Shown here: positions 18,025 through 27,749 of the stretch, piece by piece | Position numbering within the stretch: position 1 is the stretch's first letter | Layout of the letters: each line of letters begins with the position of its first letter | Assembly: GCA_012728445.1 (NCBI GenBank) | Contig: JAAYFA010000315.1 | Location: 1 to 30,043 of the forward strand | Length of the DNA: 30,043 nucleotides | Source of the DNA: Clostridiales bacterium | GTDB taxonomy: Bacteria; Bacillota; Clostridia; Oscillospirales; Acutalibacteraceae | Direction: 5' to 3' | Notes under the pieces: model-generated | Told to the model about the DNA's origin: nothing | Database searches by the model: none | What the model saw: only the letters and a program-made list of their open reading frames with translations | Program-made: the position numbers and the translations under genes

Positions 18025-18384
18025 ATGATTAACAAACCGGATACGAATAAGGCAAGGCTTAAACGCCACAAAAGAGTACGCGGTAAGATCACCGGCTCTG
18101 CCTCATGCCCGCGCCTTAATGTATTTCGTTCTCTGAAAAATATTTATGCCCAGTTGATTGACGATGCGAATGGCGTAACCCTTGTATCGGCTTCCACTGC
18201 GGAAAAAGATTTTGCAGATTACGGCGGTAACAAGACCGCAGCTCACAAGGTGGGCGAGCTGCTCGCAGAGCGCGCTGCTCAAAAAGAAATAGTAAAGGTT
18301 GTTTTCGACCGCGGCGGCTATATTTATCACGGCCGTGTTCAGGAATTAGCCGAAGGTGCCCGCAAGGGCGGCCTCAAGTTCTGA
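18025..18384 (+). CDS. rplR: 50S ribosomal protein L18
   Basis: 'RLKRHKRVR', '[19 protein letters not shown]', '[12 protein letters not shown]'. True start is the ATG at 18025 (AAGGAG upstream), not the 17908 given in the ORF track. Confidence 0.96.
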   Translation: MINKPDTNKARLKRHKRVRGKITGSASCPRLNVFRSLKNIYAQLIDDANGVTLVSASTAEKDFADYGGNKTAAHKVGELLAERAAQKEIVKVVFDRGGYIYHGRVQELAEGARKGGLKF

Positions 18385-18406
18385 GGAAGGGGAGGGAAAA
18401 AATCTT

Positions 18407-18907
18407 TTGAAAAAAATTGATGCATCTACAATGGAACTTACAGAGCGCGTGGTTTCTATTAACCGCGTTTCGAAAACCGTTAAAGGTGGGCGCAATTTTA
18501 AGTTTGCGGCGTTGGTCGTCGTTGGTGACGGCAATGGTACAATAGGCTTCGGTTTAGGAAAATCCGGCGAGGTTCCCGACGCTATCCGCAAGGGAATTGA
18601 TGACGCAAAGAAGAACTTAATGAAGGTATCCCTCAAGGGGACAACCATTCCTCATGAGATTATCGGCAAGTTTGGCGCCGGCGTCGTTCTTATGAAACCG
18701 GCAGCCCCCGGTACCGGTGTTATTGCCGGCGGTCCGGTACGTGCCGTTGTCGAAACCGTAGGAATCAAGGATATCCGTACCAAATCGTTGCGTTCAAACA
18801 ATCCCGGCAATGTGGTTAAGGCGACATTCAACGGACTTTCAAGACTACGCAATGCGGAAGAAGTCGCACAAATCCGCAATAAATCCGTCAAGGAAATTTT
18901 AGGTTAA
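18407..18907 (+). CDS. rpsE: 30S ribosomal protein S5
   Basis: '[27 protein letters not shown]', '[12 protein letters not shown]'. Probable TTG start at 18407 after GGAGGG. Confidence 0.96.
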   Translation: MKKIDASTMELTERVVSINRVSKTVKGGRNFKFAALVVVGDGNGTIGFGLGKSGEVPDAIRKGIDDAKKNLMKVSLKGTTIPHEIIGKFGAGVVLMKPAAPGTGVIAGGPVRAVVETVGIKDIRTKSLRSNNPGNVVKATFNGLSRLRNAEEVAQIRNKSVKEILG

Positions 18908-18921
18908 GGAGGGTGGACAAA

Positions 18922-19119
18922 TTGGCTGACGTTCAAGTTAAACTTATTAAAAGCCTTATTGGCAGCACACGTGTGCAGATTGCCACCGCCCATGCACTTG
19001 GTCTTCATAAAATCGGGGATATTTCCGTTCAGCCGGACAATCCCGCCACTCATGGCAAGGTAAACAGAATTACTCACCTTGTTAAAACATGCGAAGCCAT
19101 GCAAGGAGGTGCTAACTGA
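18922..19119 (+). CDS. rpmD: 50S ribosomal protein L30
   Basis: 'VKLIKSLIG', 'ALGLHKIG', '[14 protein letters not shown]'. Position between rpsE and rplO. TTG start preferred on RBS spacing. Confidence 0.9.
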   Translation: MADVQVKLIKSLIGSTRVQIATAHALGLHKIGDISVQPDNPATHGKVNRITHLVKTCEAMQGGAN

Positions 19120-19562
19120 TGAAGTTGCACGAGCTTTCACAGGAACCCGGATCCAGAAAGGATCGCAAGCGCATTGGCAGAGGAATGTCCTCAGGCCACG
19201 GCAAAACTTCAGGTAAAGGTCACAAAGGCCAAAAGGCACGTGCAGGCCGCGGGCCACGTCCGGGCTTTGAAGGCGGTCAAATGCCTTTACAGAGAAGAGT
19301 ACCCAAAAGAGGTTTTGTTAACATATTTGCCAAAGAGATCGCCATTGTCAACCTTGCTTCGCTCGAAGAAAGATTCGAAGACGGCGCAGTTGTTGATATT
19401 GCCACCCTGATTAAGACAGGTTTGATAAAAAAGAGTTTAGACGGTGTGAAGGTTTTGGGTAACGGCGATATCACCAAAAAGCTTACCGTTCAGGTGAACG
19501 CTTTTTCTGATACTGCCAAGCAAAAAATCGAAGCTGCCGGAGGAAAGGCAGAGGTGATTTGA
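19119..19562 (+). CDS. rplO: 50S ribosomal protein L15
   Basis: '[24 protein letters not shown]', '[18 protein letters not shown]', 'KIEAAGG'. Confidence 0.97.
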   Translation: MKLHELSQEPGSRKDRKRIGRGMSSGHGKTSGKGHKGQKARAGRGPRPGFEGGQMPLQRRVPKRGFVNIFAKEIAIVNLASLEERFEDGAVVDIATLIKTGLIKKSLDGVKVLGNGDITKKLTVQVNAFSDTAKQKIEAAGGKAEVI

Positions 19563-19563
19563 C

Positions 19564-20925
19564 GTGATTCAGACCCTGATAAACGCATGGAAAATCGTTG
19601 ATATCCGTAAGAAACTCTTGTTTACCGCACTGATTATTTTTATCTTCAGAGTCGGTGCAGCAGTTCCCGTTCCCTTCGTCAGTATTGGCGTAGGCGGAAT
19701 ACTTGCCGGGCAAGAAAATGCCGGCACCTTTATGAACTACTTGAGCATGATGACGGGTAACGCCTTTAACTACGGCACGATTTTTGCGATGTCAATCACC
19801 CCCTACATCAATGCATCCATTATTATGCAGCTGTTAACAGTTGCTATACCCTACCTTGAAAGACTCCAGAAGGAAGGTGAGGTCGGGCGTAAGAAGATAG
19901 CGGCTATCACCCGTTACTTAACCGTTGTTCTCGGTCTTTTACAAAGTACAGCCTACTACTTCTACCTGCGCAACGGCAGCTTTCTGTCAAAAGACTCTGC
20001 CGATATGGCTTTTAAAGGTGGATGGGCAGTATTCCAAGCAATTATTATTATTCTGTGCTTCACAGCAGGAACAGCGCTTATCATGTGGCTCGGCGAACAG
20101 ATTAACGACAAAGGCATTGGCAATGGTATTTCCATTATCCTTTTTGCCGGTATCGTTTCAAGAATGCCGACGCTCATCGCCCAGCTTTACAGCCCCAACG
20201 TTAAAATCGGCTACATTGCCAGAGGCGGTCCGTTCTATATTTTATCTCCGCTTGCCGGCATATTGTTAATCTTGATGATCGCGTTCATCGTTTGGATGGA
20301 TAAATCGGAAAGACGTTTGCCGGTTCAGTATGCAAAGCGCGTTGTGGGACGCAAGATGTACGGTGGTCAAAGCACTCATATTCCGATTAAAGTCAATATG
20401 TCCGGTGTTATGCCCATCATTTTTGCGAGTTCCATCCTTTCCCTGCCACCTACGGTGCAGATGTTTATGAAGGTGGAAGAAGGCAGCGGGTTGTTCAAGT
20501 TCTTTAATCTGTTTATTCAAACAAACTGGTTTTATGGAATAATATACTTTTTCATGATTATTGGATTTGCGTATTTTTACGCGACCATTCAGTACAATCC
20601 GATTGAAATGGCGAACAACATCCGTAAGAACAGCGGCACGATTCCGGGGATACGTCCCGGCGAGCCGACCTCGAGATACATTGCCAAAATACTTTCGAGA
20701 ATCACCCTGCTCGGAGCACTGCTTTTAAGCGTTGTCGCACTTTTCCCAATCGCATTCTCTCAGATAACGACAGCAATTCTGACCAAAGGGTTCGACTATG
20801 AAAGCGGCATGAACGTATCACTCGGTGGAACATCTATCATCATCCTGGTAGGCGTCGCGCTTGAAACAATGAAACAGCTCGAAAGCCAAATGATGATGCG
20901 CCACTACAAGGGTTTCCTTGATTAA
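19564..20925 (+). CDS. secY: Preprotein translocase subunit SecY
   Basis: 'IFAMSITPYINASIIMQLL', 'WLGEQINDKGIGNGISIILFAGI', 'GVMPIIFASS', 'IPGIRPG', 'GGTSIIILVGV'. Confidence 0.97.
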   Translation: MIQTLINAWKIVDIRKKLLFTALIIFIFRVGAAVPVPFVSIGVGGILAGQENAGTFMNYLSMMTGNAFNYGTIFAMSITPYINASIIMQLLTVAIPYLERLQKEGEVGRKKIAAITRYLTVVLGLLQSTAYYFYLRNGSFLSKDSADMAFKGGWAVFQAIIIILCFTAGTALIMWLGEQINDKGIGNGISIILFAGIVSRMPTLIAQLYSPNVKIGYIARGGPFYILSPLAGILLILMIAFIVWMDKSERRLPVQYAKRVVGRKMYGGQSTHIPIKVNMSGVMPIIFASSILSLPPTVQMFMKVEEGSGLFKFFNLFIQTNWFYGIIYFFMIIGFAYFYATIQYNPIEMANNIRKNSGTIPGIRPGEPTSRYIAKILSRITLLGALLLSVVALFPIAFSQITTAILTKGFDYESGMNVSLGGTSIIILVGVALETMKQLESQMMMRHYKGFLD

Positions 20926-20975
20926 GGAAACGGTAAGCCAAAACAAGCAAAGGCAAACATCACGGAGGATAAGGC

Positions 20976-21725
20976 ATGATAGTGCTTAAAACCGGCAGAG
21001 AACTTTCCCTTATGCGTGAGGCATGTGTCATCTCAGCCGAAGCATTAAGGGCAGCGGGTAAAGCGGTCGAGCCCGGCGTTACAACCGCCGAAATAGATCG
21101 AATCGTCCGGGAATATATCGCAATGCGCGGCGCAGAGCCCGCATTCTTGAATTACAACGGATATCCCGCCGCCGCATGCATTTCCATAAATGACGAGGTA
21201 ATTCACGGCATACCAAGCAGTTCGCGGGTTATCGAGCACGGCGACTTGGTCAGTATTGATTTAGGCGCCAAGTTCAACGGCTATGTCGGCGACAACGCCG
21301 CTACTTACGCAGCGGGCGATATTAGTCCCGAAGCGCAGCGGCTGAGCGACACGACCAGAGAAAGTCTTTACGAAGGCATCAAGGTTTGTGTTGCGGGCGG
21401 CAGGATAGGCGACATAGGCGCAGCAATTTCGCGGTATTGCGAGGCGAGAGGTTTTTCCGTGGTCAAGGAATACACGGGTCACGGTATAGGCGCTCACTTG
21501 CATGAAGACCCAAGCGTACCAAATTACGGCAAACCCGGGCGCGGTACGCGCTTACTGCCGGGGATGACACTTGCCATAGAGCCGATGATAAACCTCGGTT
21601 CGGCCGGTATCAAACTCATGCAGGACGGTTGGACAGTAAAAACCGCGGATGGAAAGCTTTCAGCCCATTTCGAGCATACCGTCGCCATAACGACCGACGG
21701 CCCCAAGATTCTTACTCAGCTTTGA
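20976..21725 (+). CDS. map: Methionine aminopeptidase type I
   Basis: 'CISINDEVIHGIP', 'VSIDLG...GYVGDNA', 'YTGHGIG', 'AIEPMIN', 'SAHFEHTVAIT'. Confidence 0.96.
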   Translation: MIVLKTGRELSLMREACVISAEALRAAGKAVEPGVTTAEIDRIVREYIAMRGAEPAFLNYNGYPAAACISINDEVIHGIPSSSRVIEHGDLVSIDLGAKFNGYVGDNAATYAAGDISPEAQRLSDTTRESLYEGIKVCVAGGRIGDIGAAISRYCEARGFSVVKEYTGHGIGAHLHEDPSVPNYGKPGRGTRLLPGMTLAIEPMINLGSAGIKLMQDGWTVKTADGKLSAHFEHTVAITTDGPKILTQL

Positions 21726-21742
21726 TGTTGGGGGCGGATGAA

Positions 21743-22000
21743 ATGGATTTTGAAATTGGCTATGTCGTCAAATCAACCGCGGGACGAGACAAAGGTAAGC
21801 TTTTAGTCGTTACAGCAATCGGGCCCGACAGCGTGTTTGTTTGCGATGGCAAGGAAAGACCGCTACAAAGGCCAAAAAAGAAAAACCCCCGGCATCTCGA
21901 ATTCTCCGGAATGCGTCTGACTCCGGAGCAAACCGAAACCAACCGGGCATTGAAAAAAGCACTCAACACTCCGGTATTCGAGTGCAACGGCAAACCATAG
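21743..22000 (+). CDS. KOW-motif RNA-binding protein (eL14-like) of the clostridial spc operon
   Basis: '[18 protein letters not shown]', '[17 protein letters not shown]'. Start reassigned to the ATG at 21743 (85 aa). Confidence 0.8.
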   Translation: MDFEIGYVVKSTAGRDKGKLLVVTAIGPDSVFVCDGKERPLQRPKKKNPRHLEFSGMRLTPEQTETNRALKKALNTPVFECNGKP

Positions 22001-22010
22001 GAGGGTAAGC

Positions 22011-22229
22011 ATGTCAAAGCAGGATATGATCGAAGTCGAAGGTACGGTTATTGAGGCTCTTCCCAATGCGACCTTTCAGGTTGAGTTGGAAAACGGGCAC
22101 AGAATATTAGCCCATATTTCCGGCAAGCTGCGTATGAACTATATTCGTATACTACCCGGGGACAAGGTAACGGTAGAAATGTCACCGTATGACCTCACCC
22201 GTGGCCGTATTACATGGCGTTCCAAGTAG
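22011..22229 (+). CDS. infA: Translation initiation factor IF-1
   Basis: '[22 protein letters not shown]', '[19 protein letters not shown]', '[10 protein letters not shown]'. Confidence 0.98.
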   Translation: MSKQDMIEVEGTVIEALPNATFQVELENGHRILAHISGKLRMNYIRILPGDKVTVEMSPYDLTRGRITWRSK

Positions 22230-22247
22230 AGTAAGGAGGGTATTCAA

Positions 22248-22361
22248 ATGAAAGTCAGACCTTCTGTAAAGAAAATTTGCGACAAGTGCAAAATCATCAA
22301 ACGCAAGGGAAGAATCATGGTCATCTGTGAGAATCCCAAGCACAAGCAGCGCCAGGGTTAA
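22248..22361 (+). CDS. rpmJ: 50S ribosomal protein L36, zinc-binding form
   Basis: Translated by hand (not in the ORF track): [37 protein letters not shown]; AAGGAGG RBS. Confidence 0.97.
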   Translation: MKVRPSVKKICDKCKIIKRKGRIMVICENPKHKQRQG

Positions 22362-22397
22362 ACCGGCGCAAACCATTAATGGAGGTGTAACTGACAT

Positions 22398-22766
22398 ATG
22401 GCGCGAATTTCAGGTGTCGATCTACCAAAAGATAAAAGGATTGAAATAGGTTTAACTTATATCTTCGGTATTGGTCGCAGAACCGCAAGCGACATTATCG
22501 CAGCAACCGGCGTTAATCCCGACACGAGAGTCAAAGATTTAACGGAGAGCGATGTTTCTAAGCTTCGTGAGTACATTGACCGGGATTGTAAGGTCGAGGG
22601 TGACTTACGGCGTGAAACAGCCTTTGACATTAAGAGGCTGGTAGAAATTGGATGCTACCGTGGTATCCGTCATCGTAAGGGACTGCCTGTTAGAGGGCAG
22701 CGTTCCAAGACAAACGCCCGCACACGCAAAGGTCCAAAGAGGACCGTTGCAAACAAGAAGAAGTAA
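22398..22766 (+). CDS. rpsM: 30S ribosomal protein S13
   Basis: '[10 protein letters not shown]', 'LTYIFGIG', '[26 protein letters not shown]'. Confidence 0.98.
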   Translation: MARISGVDLPKDKRIEIGLTYIFGIGRRTASDIIAATGVNPDTRVKDLTESDVSKLREYIDRDCKVEGDLRRETAFDIKRLVEIGCYRGIRHRKGLPVRGQRSKTNARTRKGPKRTVANKKK

Positions 22767-22782
22767 CTCAAGGAGGGATAAA

Positions 22783-23190
22783 ATGGCTACGAAAGCAACC
22801 GGTAAGAAAACAGCCGGCACGCGCAGGCGTCGCGAAAAAAAGAATATCGTTACAGGCGCTGCCCATATCCAATCCACATTCAACAATACAATCGTTACCA
22901 TTACCGATGTGCAAGGCAATGCCATATCGTGGGCGAGCGCAGGGGAAATGGGTTTCAGAGGTTCGAGAAAATCCACGCCTTATGCAGCGCAAACTGCCGG
23001 CGAAACGGCCGCAAAGTTGGCTATGGAGCAAGGACTTAAAACTGTTGAAGTGTATGTTAAGGGCCCCGGCTCAGGACGAGAAGCGGCAATCAGAGCATTG
23101 CAAACAGCGGGTTTGGAAGTCAGCATGATTAAAGATGTGACCCCCATACCGCATAATGGCTGCCGTCCGCCCAAAAGAAGGCGCGTATAA
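22783..23190 (+). CDS. rpsK: 30S ribosomal protein S11
   Basis: '[16 protein letters not shown]', '[14 protein letters not shown]', '[18 protein letters not shown]'. Start reassigned to the ATG at 22783. Confidence 0.97.
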   Translation: MATKATGKKTAGTRRRREKKNIVTGAAHIQSTFNNTIVTITDVQGNAISWASAGEMGFRGSRKSTPYAAQTAGETAAKLAMEQGLKTVEVYVKGPGSGREAAIRALQTAGLEVSMIKDVTPIPHNGCRPPKRRRV

Positions 23191-23218
23191 TCAATTTAAC
23201 TTAGGAGGTTAAACTCAT

Positions 23219-23848
23219 ATGGCAAGATATACCGGTGCGGTATGCAAACTGTGCCGCCGCGAGGGCAAAAAGCTTTTCCTTAAGGGAGAACGCTGCTACA
23301 CGGGCAAATGCTCAATCGAGCGCCGTGCTTATGCTCCCGGCCAACACGGTCAAAACGTCCGCAGAAAGACTTCCGAATATGGTCTGCAGCTTCGTGCGAA
23401 GCAGCAGGCAAGGCGCTACTATGGCATTCAGGAAGGGCAATTCCATAAATACTTCCTTATAGCCGAGCGCAAACAAGGCGTAACAGGTGAAAACCTGCTT
23501 CGTTTATGCGAAAGCCGTCTGGACAACGTCGTTTATCTTCTGGGCTGGGCAAACTCCCGTGCAGAAGGCAGGCAACTCGTCAACCACGGTCATTATCTGG
23601 TGAACGGCAAAAAGGTCGATATCCCTTCGTATCTGATCAAAGCCGGCGATACCGTAGGCATAAAAGCGAAGAGCAAAGAAAGTGAAAAAATCAAAACTGT
23701 CCTTGATGTGAACAGTGCCCGGCCCGTGCCTCTATGGCTTGAACTGGACCGAGAAGCAGTCCTGGCTAAGGTACTAAACATGCCTGAACGTGAGCAAATA
23801 TCTGTTCCCGTTGAAGAACATCTTATTGTTGAGTTTTACTCGAAATAA
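23219..23848 (+). CDS. rpsD: 30S ribosomal protein S4
   Basis: '[16 protein letters not shown]', 'APGQHG', 'ESRLDNVVY', 'RQLVNHGH', 'LIVEFYSK'. Confidence 0.97.
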   Translation: MARYTGAVCKLCRREGKKLFLKGERCYTGKCSIERRAYAPGQHGQNVRRKTSEYGLQLRAKQQARRYYGIQEGQFHKYFLIAERKQGVTGENLLRLCESRLDNVVYLLGWANSRAEGRQLVNHGHYLVNGKKVDIPSYLIKAGDTVGIKAKSKESEKIKTVLDVNSARPVPLWLELDREAVLAKVLNMPEREQISVPVEEHLIVEFYSK

Positions 23849-23922
23849 TGTTGCTTAGGGTATTAGATTTATTCACAACGGTGCAGGTGACGACACCTGC
23901 GTTAAAATAAGGAGGGTTTTGA

Positions 23923-24873
23923 ATGTTTGAATTCGAGAAGCCGAAAATCGAAACTGCTGACATTCTGTTGGGTGGAACTTACGGAAAGTTTGTTGTAGAG
24001 CCCCTAGAGAGAGGATTTGGCACGACACTTGGCAATAGCATGAGGCGTGTTCTCCTTTCGTCACTCCCCGGTTACGCAATAACATCTGTTAAAATTGAAG
24101 GCATTCTTCATGAGTTTTCCACTATCAAAGGCGTAAAAGAAGATGTTACGGAGATCGTTCTTAATCTGAAAAGCGTTATTCTCAAGATACACGGTGACGG
24201 ACCAAAGACGATTTATATAGAAGCAAACGGACCTTGCGACATAACAGCCGGGGATATCAAGATGGATTCCGAAGTGGAAGTCATGAATCCCGACTTGCAC
24301 ATCGCATCGCTCGACAACGGCGCTCACATCAGCATGGAAATGATTTGCGACAAAGGGCGGGGCTATGTTTCCGCCGAGAGAAACAAGCAGAATATGCAGC
24401 CTGTCATTGGCGTTATCGCCATCGACTCGATCTATTCACCTGTTTCCAAAGTAAACTACACAGTCGAGAACACACGAAGAGAACAGATTACCGACTATGA
24501 CAAACTGACTCTTGAGGTGTGGACAAACGGAACAATCAAGGCAAAAGAGGCCGTTTCTCTTGGCGCCAAGATCCTCAACGAGCATCTCAATCTTTTCGGC
24601 GACCTCTCCGATGAGGCTTACGAAACAGAGATAATGGTGACAAAGGACGATGACGGTAAAGAACACGTTCTGGAGATGACCATTGAGGAGCTTGACCTGT
24701 CTGTGCGCTCTTTCAATTGTTTGAAGAGAGCAAGTATCAACACGGTTGAGGATTTAATCAGCAAGACCGAGGACGACATGATGAAGGTCCGCAATCTCGG
24801 CAAAAAGTCCCTGGATGAAGTGGTGGAAAAGCTCGCTACTCTTGAGCTTGCACTGCTCAGGGACGAGGATTAA
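23923..24873 (+). CDS. rpoA: DNA-directed RNA polymerase subunit alpha
   Basis: '[25 protein letters not shown]', '[13 protein letters not shown]', 'IDSIYSPV', and alpha-CTD '[12 protein letters not shown]...RNLGKKSL'. Confidence 0.98.
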   Translation: MFEFEKPKIETADILLGGTYGKFVVEPLERGFGTTLGNSMRRVLLSSLPGYAITSVKIEGILHEFSTIKGVKEDVTEIVLNLKSVILKIHGDGPKTIYIEANGPCDITAGDIKMDSEVEVMNPDLHIASLDNGAHISMEMICDKGRGYVSAERNKQNMQPVIGVIAIDSIYSPVSKVNYTVENTRREQITDYDKLTLEVWTNGTIKAKEAVSLGAKILNEHLNLFGDLSDEAYETEIMVTKDDDGKEHVLEMTIEELDLSVRSFNCLKRASINTVEDLISKTEDDMMKVRNLGKKSLDEVVEKLATLELALLRDED

Positions 24874-24929
24874 TCCTCTGCATCACCACATGTAAAACAC
24901 ATAAAAACACGGCAAGGAGTGTGATTTGA

Positions 24930-25625
24930 ATGCCCGGTACCAGAAAACTCGGCAGACCGACGGACCACCGCAGGTCAATGCTTAGAGGCTTGGTAACCTA
25001 CCTGTTGGAAAACGGAAAAATAGAAACCACCGTCACCAGGGCGAAGGAAGTTCGTTCCATGGCGGAAAAAATGATAACCATTGCCAAAACGGACTCCCTG
25101 CATGCCAGACGCCTAGTTTTGGCATACGTTACCAAAGAAGATGTTGTCAAAAAACTTTTTGACGAAATCGCGCCGGAGTACAGAGATGTAAAAGGCGGCT
25201 ACACCCGCATCGTAAAGACCGGCCCGCGCCGCGGCGACGCAGCAGAAATGTGTATCATCGAATTGGTGGAGACCGAAGCGGAAAAGGCGAAGGCCGCCAA
25301 GGCGAAGAAGCCCAAAACCACTAAGAAAGTGGCTGACAAGAAGACCACGACTGCTAAAACAGCCAAAACTGAAAAAGCAGAGAAACCTGCAGAGAAAAAG
25401 ACAACTGCAGCTGCTAAGCCGGCAAAAGCTGAAACCAAGACCGAAGTCAAGACTGACGTCAAGGAAGAAAAAGCGGTAGAGGTAAAAGAAGAAGCCACAG
25501 AAAAGAAGGCGACACCGGCCGCAAAACCCGCAAAGGTTGAAGCAAAAGCAGAAAAAGCAGTAAAAGTAGAACCTGCAAAAGAAACGGTTGAAAAACCGGC
25601 CAAAACCGAAGAAACAGCGGAATAA
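24930..25625 (+). CDS. rplQ: 50S ribosomal protein L17 with a long low-complexity C-terminal extension
   Basis: The core covers residues 1-113 ('[15 protein letters not shown]', '[10 protein letters not shown]', '[22 protein letters not shown]'). It is followed by 118 residues of K/A/E/T/P/V/D. Confidence 0.95.
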   Translation: MPGTRKLGRPTDHRRSMLRGLVTYLLENGKIETTVTRAKEVRSMAEKMITIAKTDSLHARRLVLAYVTKEDVVKKLFDEIAPEYRDVKGGYTRIVKTGPRRGDAAEMCIIELVETEAEKAKAAKAKKPKTTKKVADKKTTTAKTAKTEKAEKPAEKKTTAAAKPAKAETKTEVKTDVKEEKAVEVKEEATEKKATPAAKPAKVEAKAEKAVKVEPAKETVEKPAKTEETAE

Positions 25626-25638
25626 AATTTCATTTAAT

Positions 25639-25680
25639 AAGCCCTTGAAGCGTGTTAAAACGCTTCAAGGGCTTGTTTTG
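25639..25680. terminator. Strong intrinsic terminator ending the r-protein superoperon; probably also serves the convergent GNAT gene
   Basis: Perfect 15-bp stem AAGCCCTTGAAGCGT (25639-25653) / ACGCTTCAAGGGCTT (25660-25674), followed by GTTTTG. Confidence 0.85.
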
Positions 25681-25724
25681 CTTCTTTGGAAGAGGATATG
25701 CCGTATTCTTCTCACGTAATCAAT

Positions 25725-26153
25725 CTATATTAATTGCATATTCATTTTTATATGCAGTATTCCCTCTTCAAGGAATTCATCCCCATCACGTATAAAACCC
25801 ATTTTTTCATAAAGCGATGCCACATAAGCCTGTGAATCAAGTGTGGCAACTTTAGCGCCTTCCCGTCTAGCTATGTCAATCAAGGCGTTACAAATAACGC
25901 TCGCATAGCCCTTGCCGCGTTTATCCTTCAAAACCGCTACCCGCCCAAGTCTTGCAATATCATCATGAATATACAATCTGCCGCTGCCTATGGGAGCGGC
26001 ATCTTCATATAAAACGATATGAAAGCATTCGGAATCCAGCCCATCCATTTCGTTTTCGATAGGGATATTCTGCTCTTCGACAAAAACTGTTTTCCGTATT
26101 TCGTAGGAGGCAGAAAAATCCTCGTTTGGTTTAATTTCAACTGGGCTTACCAT
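25725..26153 (-). CDS. GNAT-family N-acetyltransferase (ElaA/YjcF-like)
   Basis: 'IRKTVFVEEQ', 'ARLGRVAVLKDKRGKGYA' (acetyl-CoA motif A), 'LDSQAYVASLYEKMGF', 'FLEEGILH..M'. Confidence 0.9.
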   Translation of the reverse strand: MVSPVEIKPNEDFSASYEIRKTVFVEEQNIPIENEMDGLDSECFHIVLYEDAAPIGSGRLYIHDDIARLGRVAVLKDKRGKGYASVICNALIDIARREGAKVATLDSQAYVASLYEKMGFIRDGDEFLEEGILHIKMNMQLI

Positions 26154-26203
26154 AGAATCACCGATTTACCTTTATAAATTCTTTGACTGTTTAACTTAAT
26201 ATT

Positions 26204-26232
26204 AGTTTACTGTTTTTATTTTTGTTAGTCAA
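26204..26232 (-). promoter_or_regulatory. Sigma-A-type promoter for the GNAT gene
   Basis: On the minus strand: TTGACT (26232-26227), a 17-bp spacer, then TAAACT (26209-26204). Confidence 0.55.
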
Positions 26233-26269
26233 GGATAGTTCGTTTTTGGCTTTTGTTTTCTGTTCTCCC

Positions 26270-26298
26270 TTGCCTTTTTCACTCAATTGTCTTACAAT
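26270..26298 (+). promoter_or_regulatory. Sigma-A-type promoter for the MATE/GH78 pair
   Basis: TTGCCT (26270-26275), a 17-bp spacer, then TACAAT (26293-26298). Confidence 0.55.
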
Positions 26299-26326
26299 AT
26301 TTAAGGAATGCAAAGGGGATTGATTT

Positions 26327-27739
26327 ATGAAAATCGGGAGCGCGCTGCGTCGTCTTTATGCACCCGAGTATTTGCTCAAGCCGGAAAAATGGATGGGTGA
26401 GGTACTCCCTGCAAAAGATGTCTACAAATCGCTGTCAAGGGTTGCTTGGCCCGCCACGGTGGAAATGGTGCTCATCAGTTTGATGAATTTGGTCGATACC
26501 ATCATGGTTTCTTCCATGGGTGCGTTTGCCGTCGCCGCAACAGGGCTTACTCAGCAACCCCGAATGATATTCTTCTCGTTTTTCTTCGCACTCAATGCCG
26601 GCGTTACGGCCATTGTCAGCCGCCGCAAGGGCGAGCAAGATGTTGCGGGTGCCAACAAATGTCTTTCGCAGGCAATCATGATCTGCGTTGTTTTGAGCGG
26701 TGTACTCTGTGCGCTTTCTTTTACAGTGGCAAGACCGCTTTTGATGTTTGCGGGTGCGCAGGCCGACACCATCGAGCCCGCGGTCATTTATTTTAAAATA
26801 ACCATGGTTGGTATGGTGTTCGCAGCGATAGGCATGGTTATTAATGCTGCTCAGCGAGGCGCCGGTAACACCAGAATTTCAATGTGGACCAACTTGATTG
26901 CCAATGTTGTGAATGTTGTTTTTAACTATTTGCTTATCAATGGCATTGGCGTTTTTCCAAAGTGGGGCGTAAAAGGTGCCGGGATAGCAACGCTTATGGG
27001 CAATGTCGCAAGTTGTCTGATATCTATTTACTCCGTCTCAAAGCCTTTTGAGTTTTTGCACATCAAGGTGAAAAGTCTTTTTAAATTTGAAAGCGATGTT
27101 ATAAAACCCTTGCTAAAAATCAGCTCTTCCGCCGCACTGGAGCAGAGTTTTGTCCGCATCGGTTTTTTTGCGTATACAAAAATTGTCGCGACACTCGGCA
27201 CCGCTGCCCTTGCTACACACCAAATCTGCATGAGCATCATCAATTTATCTTACTCGTTCGGTGACGGCCTCGGTATTTCGGCGGCGTCCCTTGTCGGGCA
27301 GAACTTGGGCAGAAGGCGCCCGGATATTGCGATGGTTTATGGCAAAGCCGCACAACGGATTGGCGTGCTCGTTTCCGTCGGCTTAATCGTTTTGTTCACC
27401 GCGGGGGGACGAATGATTATGGGGATGTTTACGAATGTAGAGGAGATTATAGACATCGGTCAAAAAATCTTGCTGATTGTCGCATTCACAGCTCCCGGGC
27501 AAATTTCTAACGTCGTCTTTTCCGGTAGTCTGCGTGGTGCGGGGGACACGAGATTTGTGGCCTACTCGTCACTGGTCAGCATTGCAATTGTCCGACCACT
27601 TGTGAGCTATGTGCTTATATTCCCACTGAAGCTTGGGCTTATTGGCGCTTGGATAGGTTTGTTTATCGACCAACATGTGCGGCTTGCTTTTTCATCCTAC
27701 CGATTTAAAAAAGAAAAATGGCAAAAAATAAAATTATAG
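26327..27739 (+). CDS. MATE-family efflux transporter
   Basis: About 12 hydrophobic segments in two halves. 'AWPATVEMVLISLMNLVDTIMVSSMG..AVAA', 'GAGNTRISM', 'NVVFNYLLI', 'GQNLG', 'LRGAGDT'. Confidence 0.93.
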   Translation: MKIGSALRRLYAPEYLLKPEKWMGEVLPAKDVYKSLSRVAWPATVEMVLISLMNLVDTIMVSSMGAFAVAATGLTQQPRMIFFSFFFALNAGVTAIVSRRKGEQDVAGANKCLSQAIMICVVLSGVLCALSFTVARPLLMFAGAQADTIEPAVIYFKITMVGMVFAAIGMVINAAQRGAGNTRISMWTNLIANVVNVVFNYLLINGIGVFPKWGVKGAGIATLMGNVASCLISIYSVSKPFEFLHIKVKSLFKFESDVIKPLLKISSSAALEQSFVRIGFFAYTKIVATLGTAALATHQICMSIINLSYSFGDGLGISAASLVGQNLGRRRPDIAMVYGKAAQRIGVLVSVGLIVLFTAGGRMIMGMFTNVEEIIDIGQKILLIVAFTAPGQISNVVFSGSLRGAGDTRFVAYSSLVSIAIVRPLVSYVLIFPLKLGLIGAWIGLFIDQHVRLAFSSYRFKKEKWQKIKL

Positions 27740-27749
27740 GAGAGCTAAC

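Noticed and set aside
22227-22250. infA TAG in frame with rpmJ (possible IF-1-L36 readthrough fusion)
   Set aside because: A one-in-three coincidence; rpmJ has its own strong RBS.
23883-23900. GCAGGTG-acga-CACCTGC hairpin before rpoA as a terminator
   Set aside because: There is no U-tract and it lies mid-operon; more likely an ordinary stability or processing stem.
25199-25633. 144-aa hydrophobic minus-strand ORF resembling a membrane protein
   Set aside because: It is the reverse complement of the Lys/Ala/Glu-rich L17 tail; AAA/GAA codons read as Phe/Leu/Ser on the other strand.
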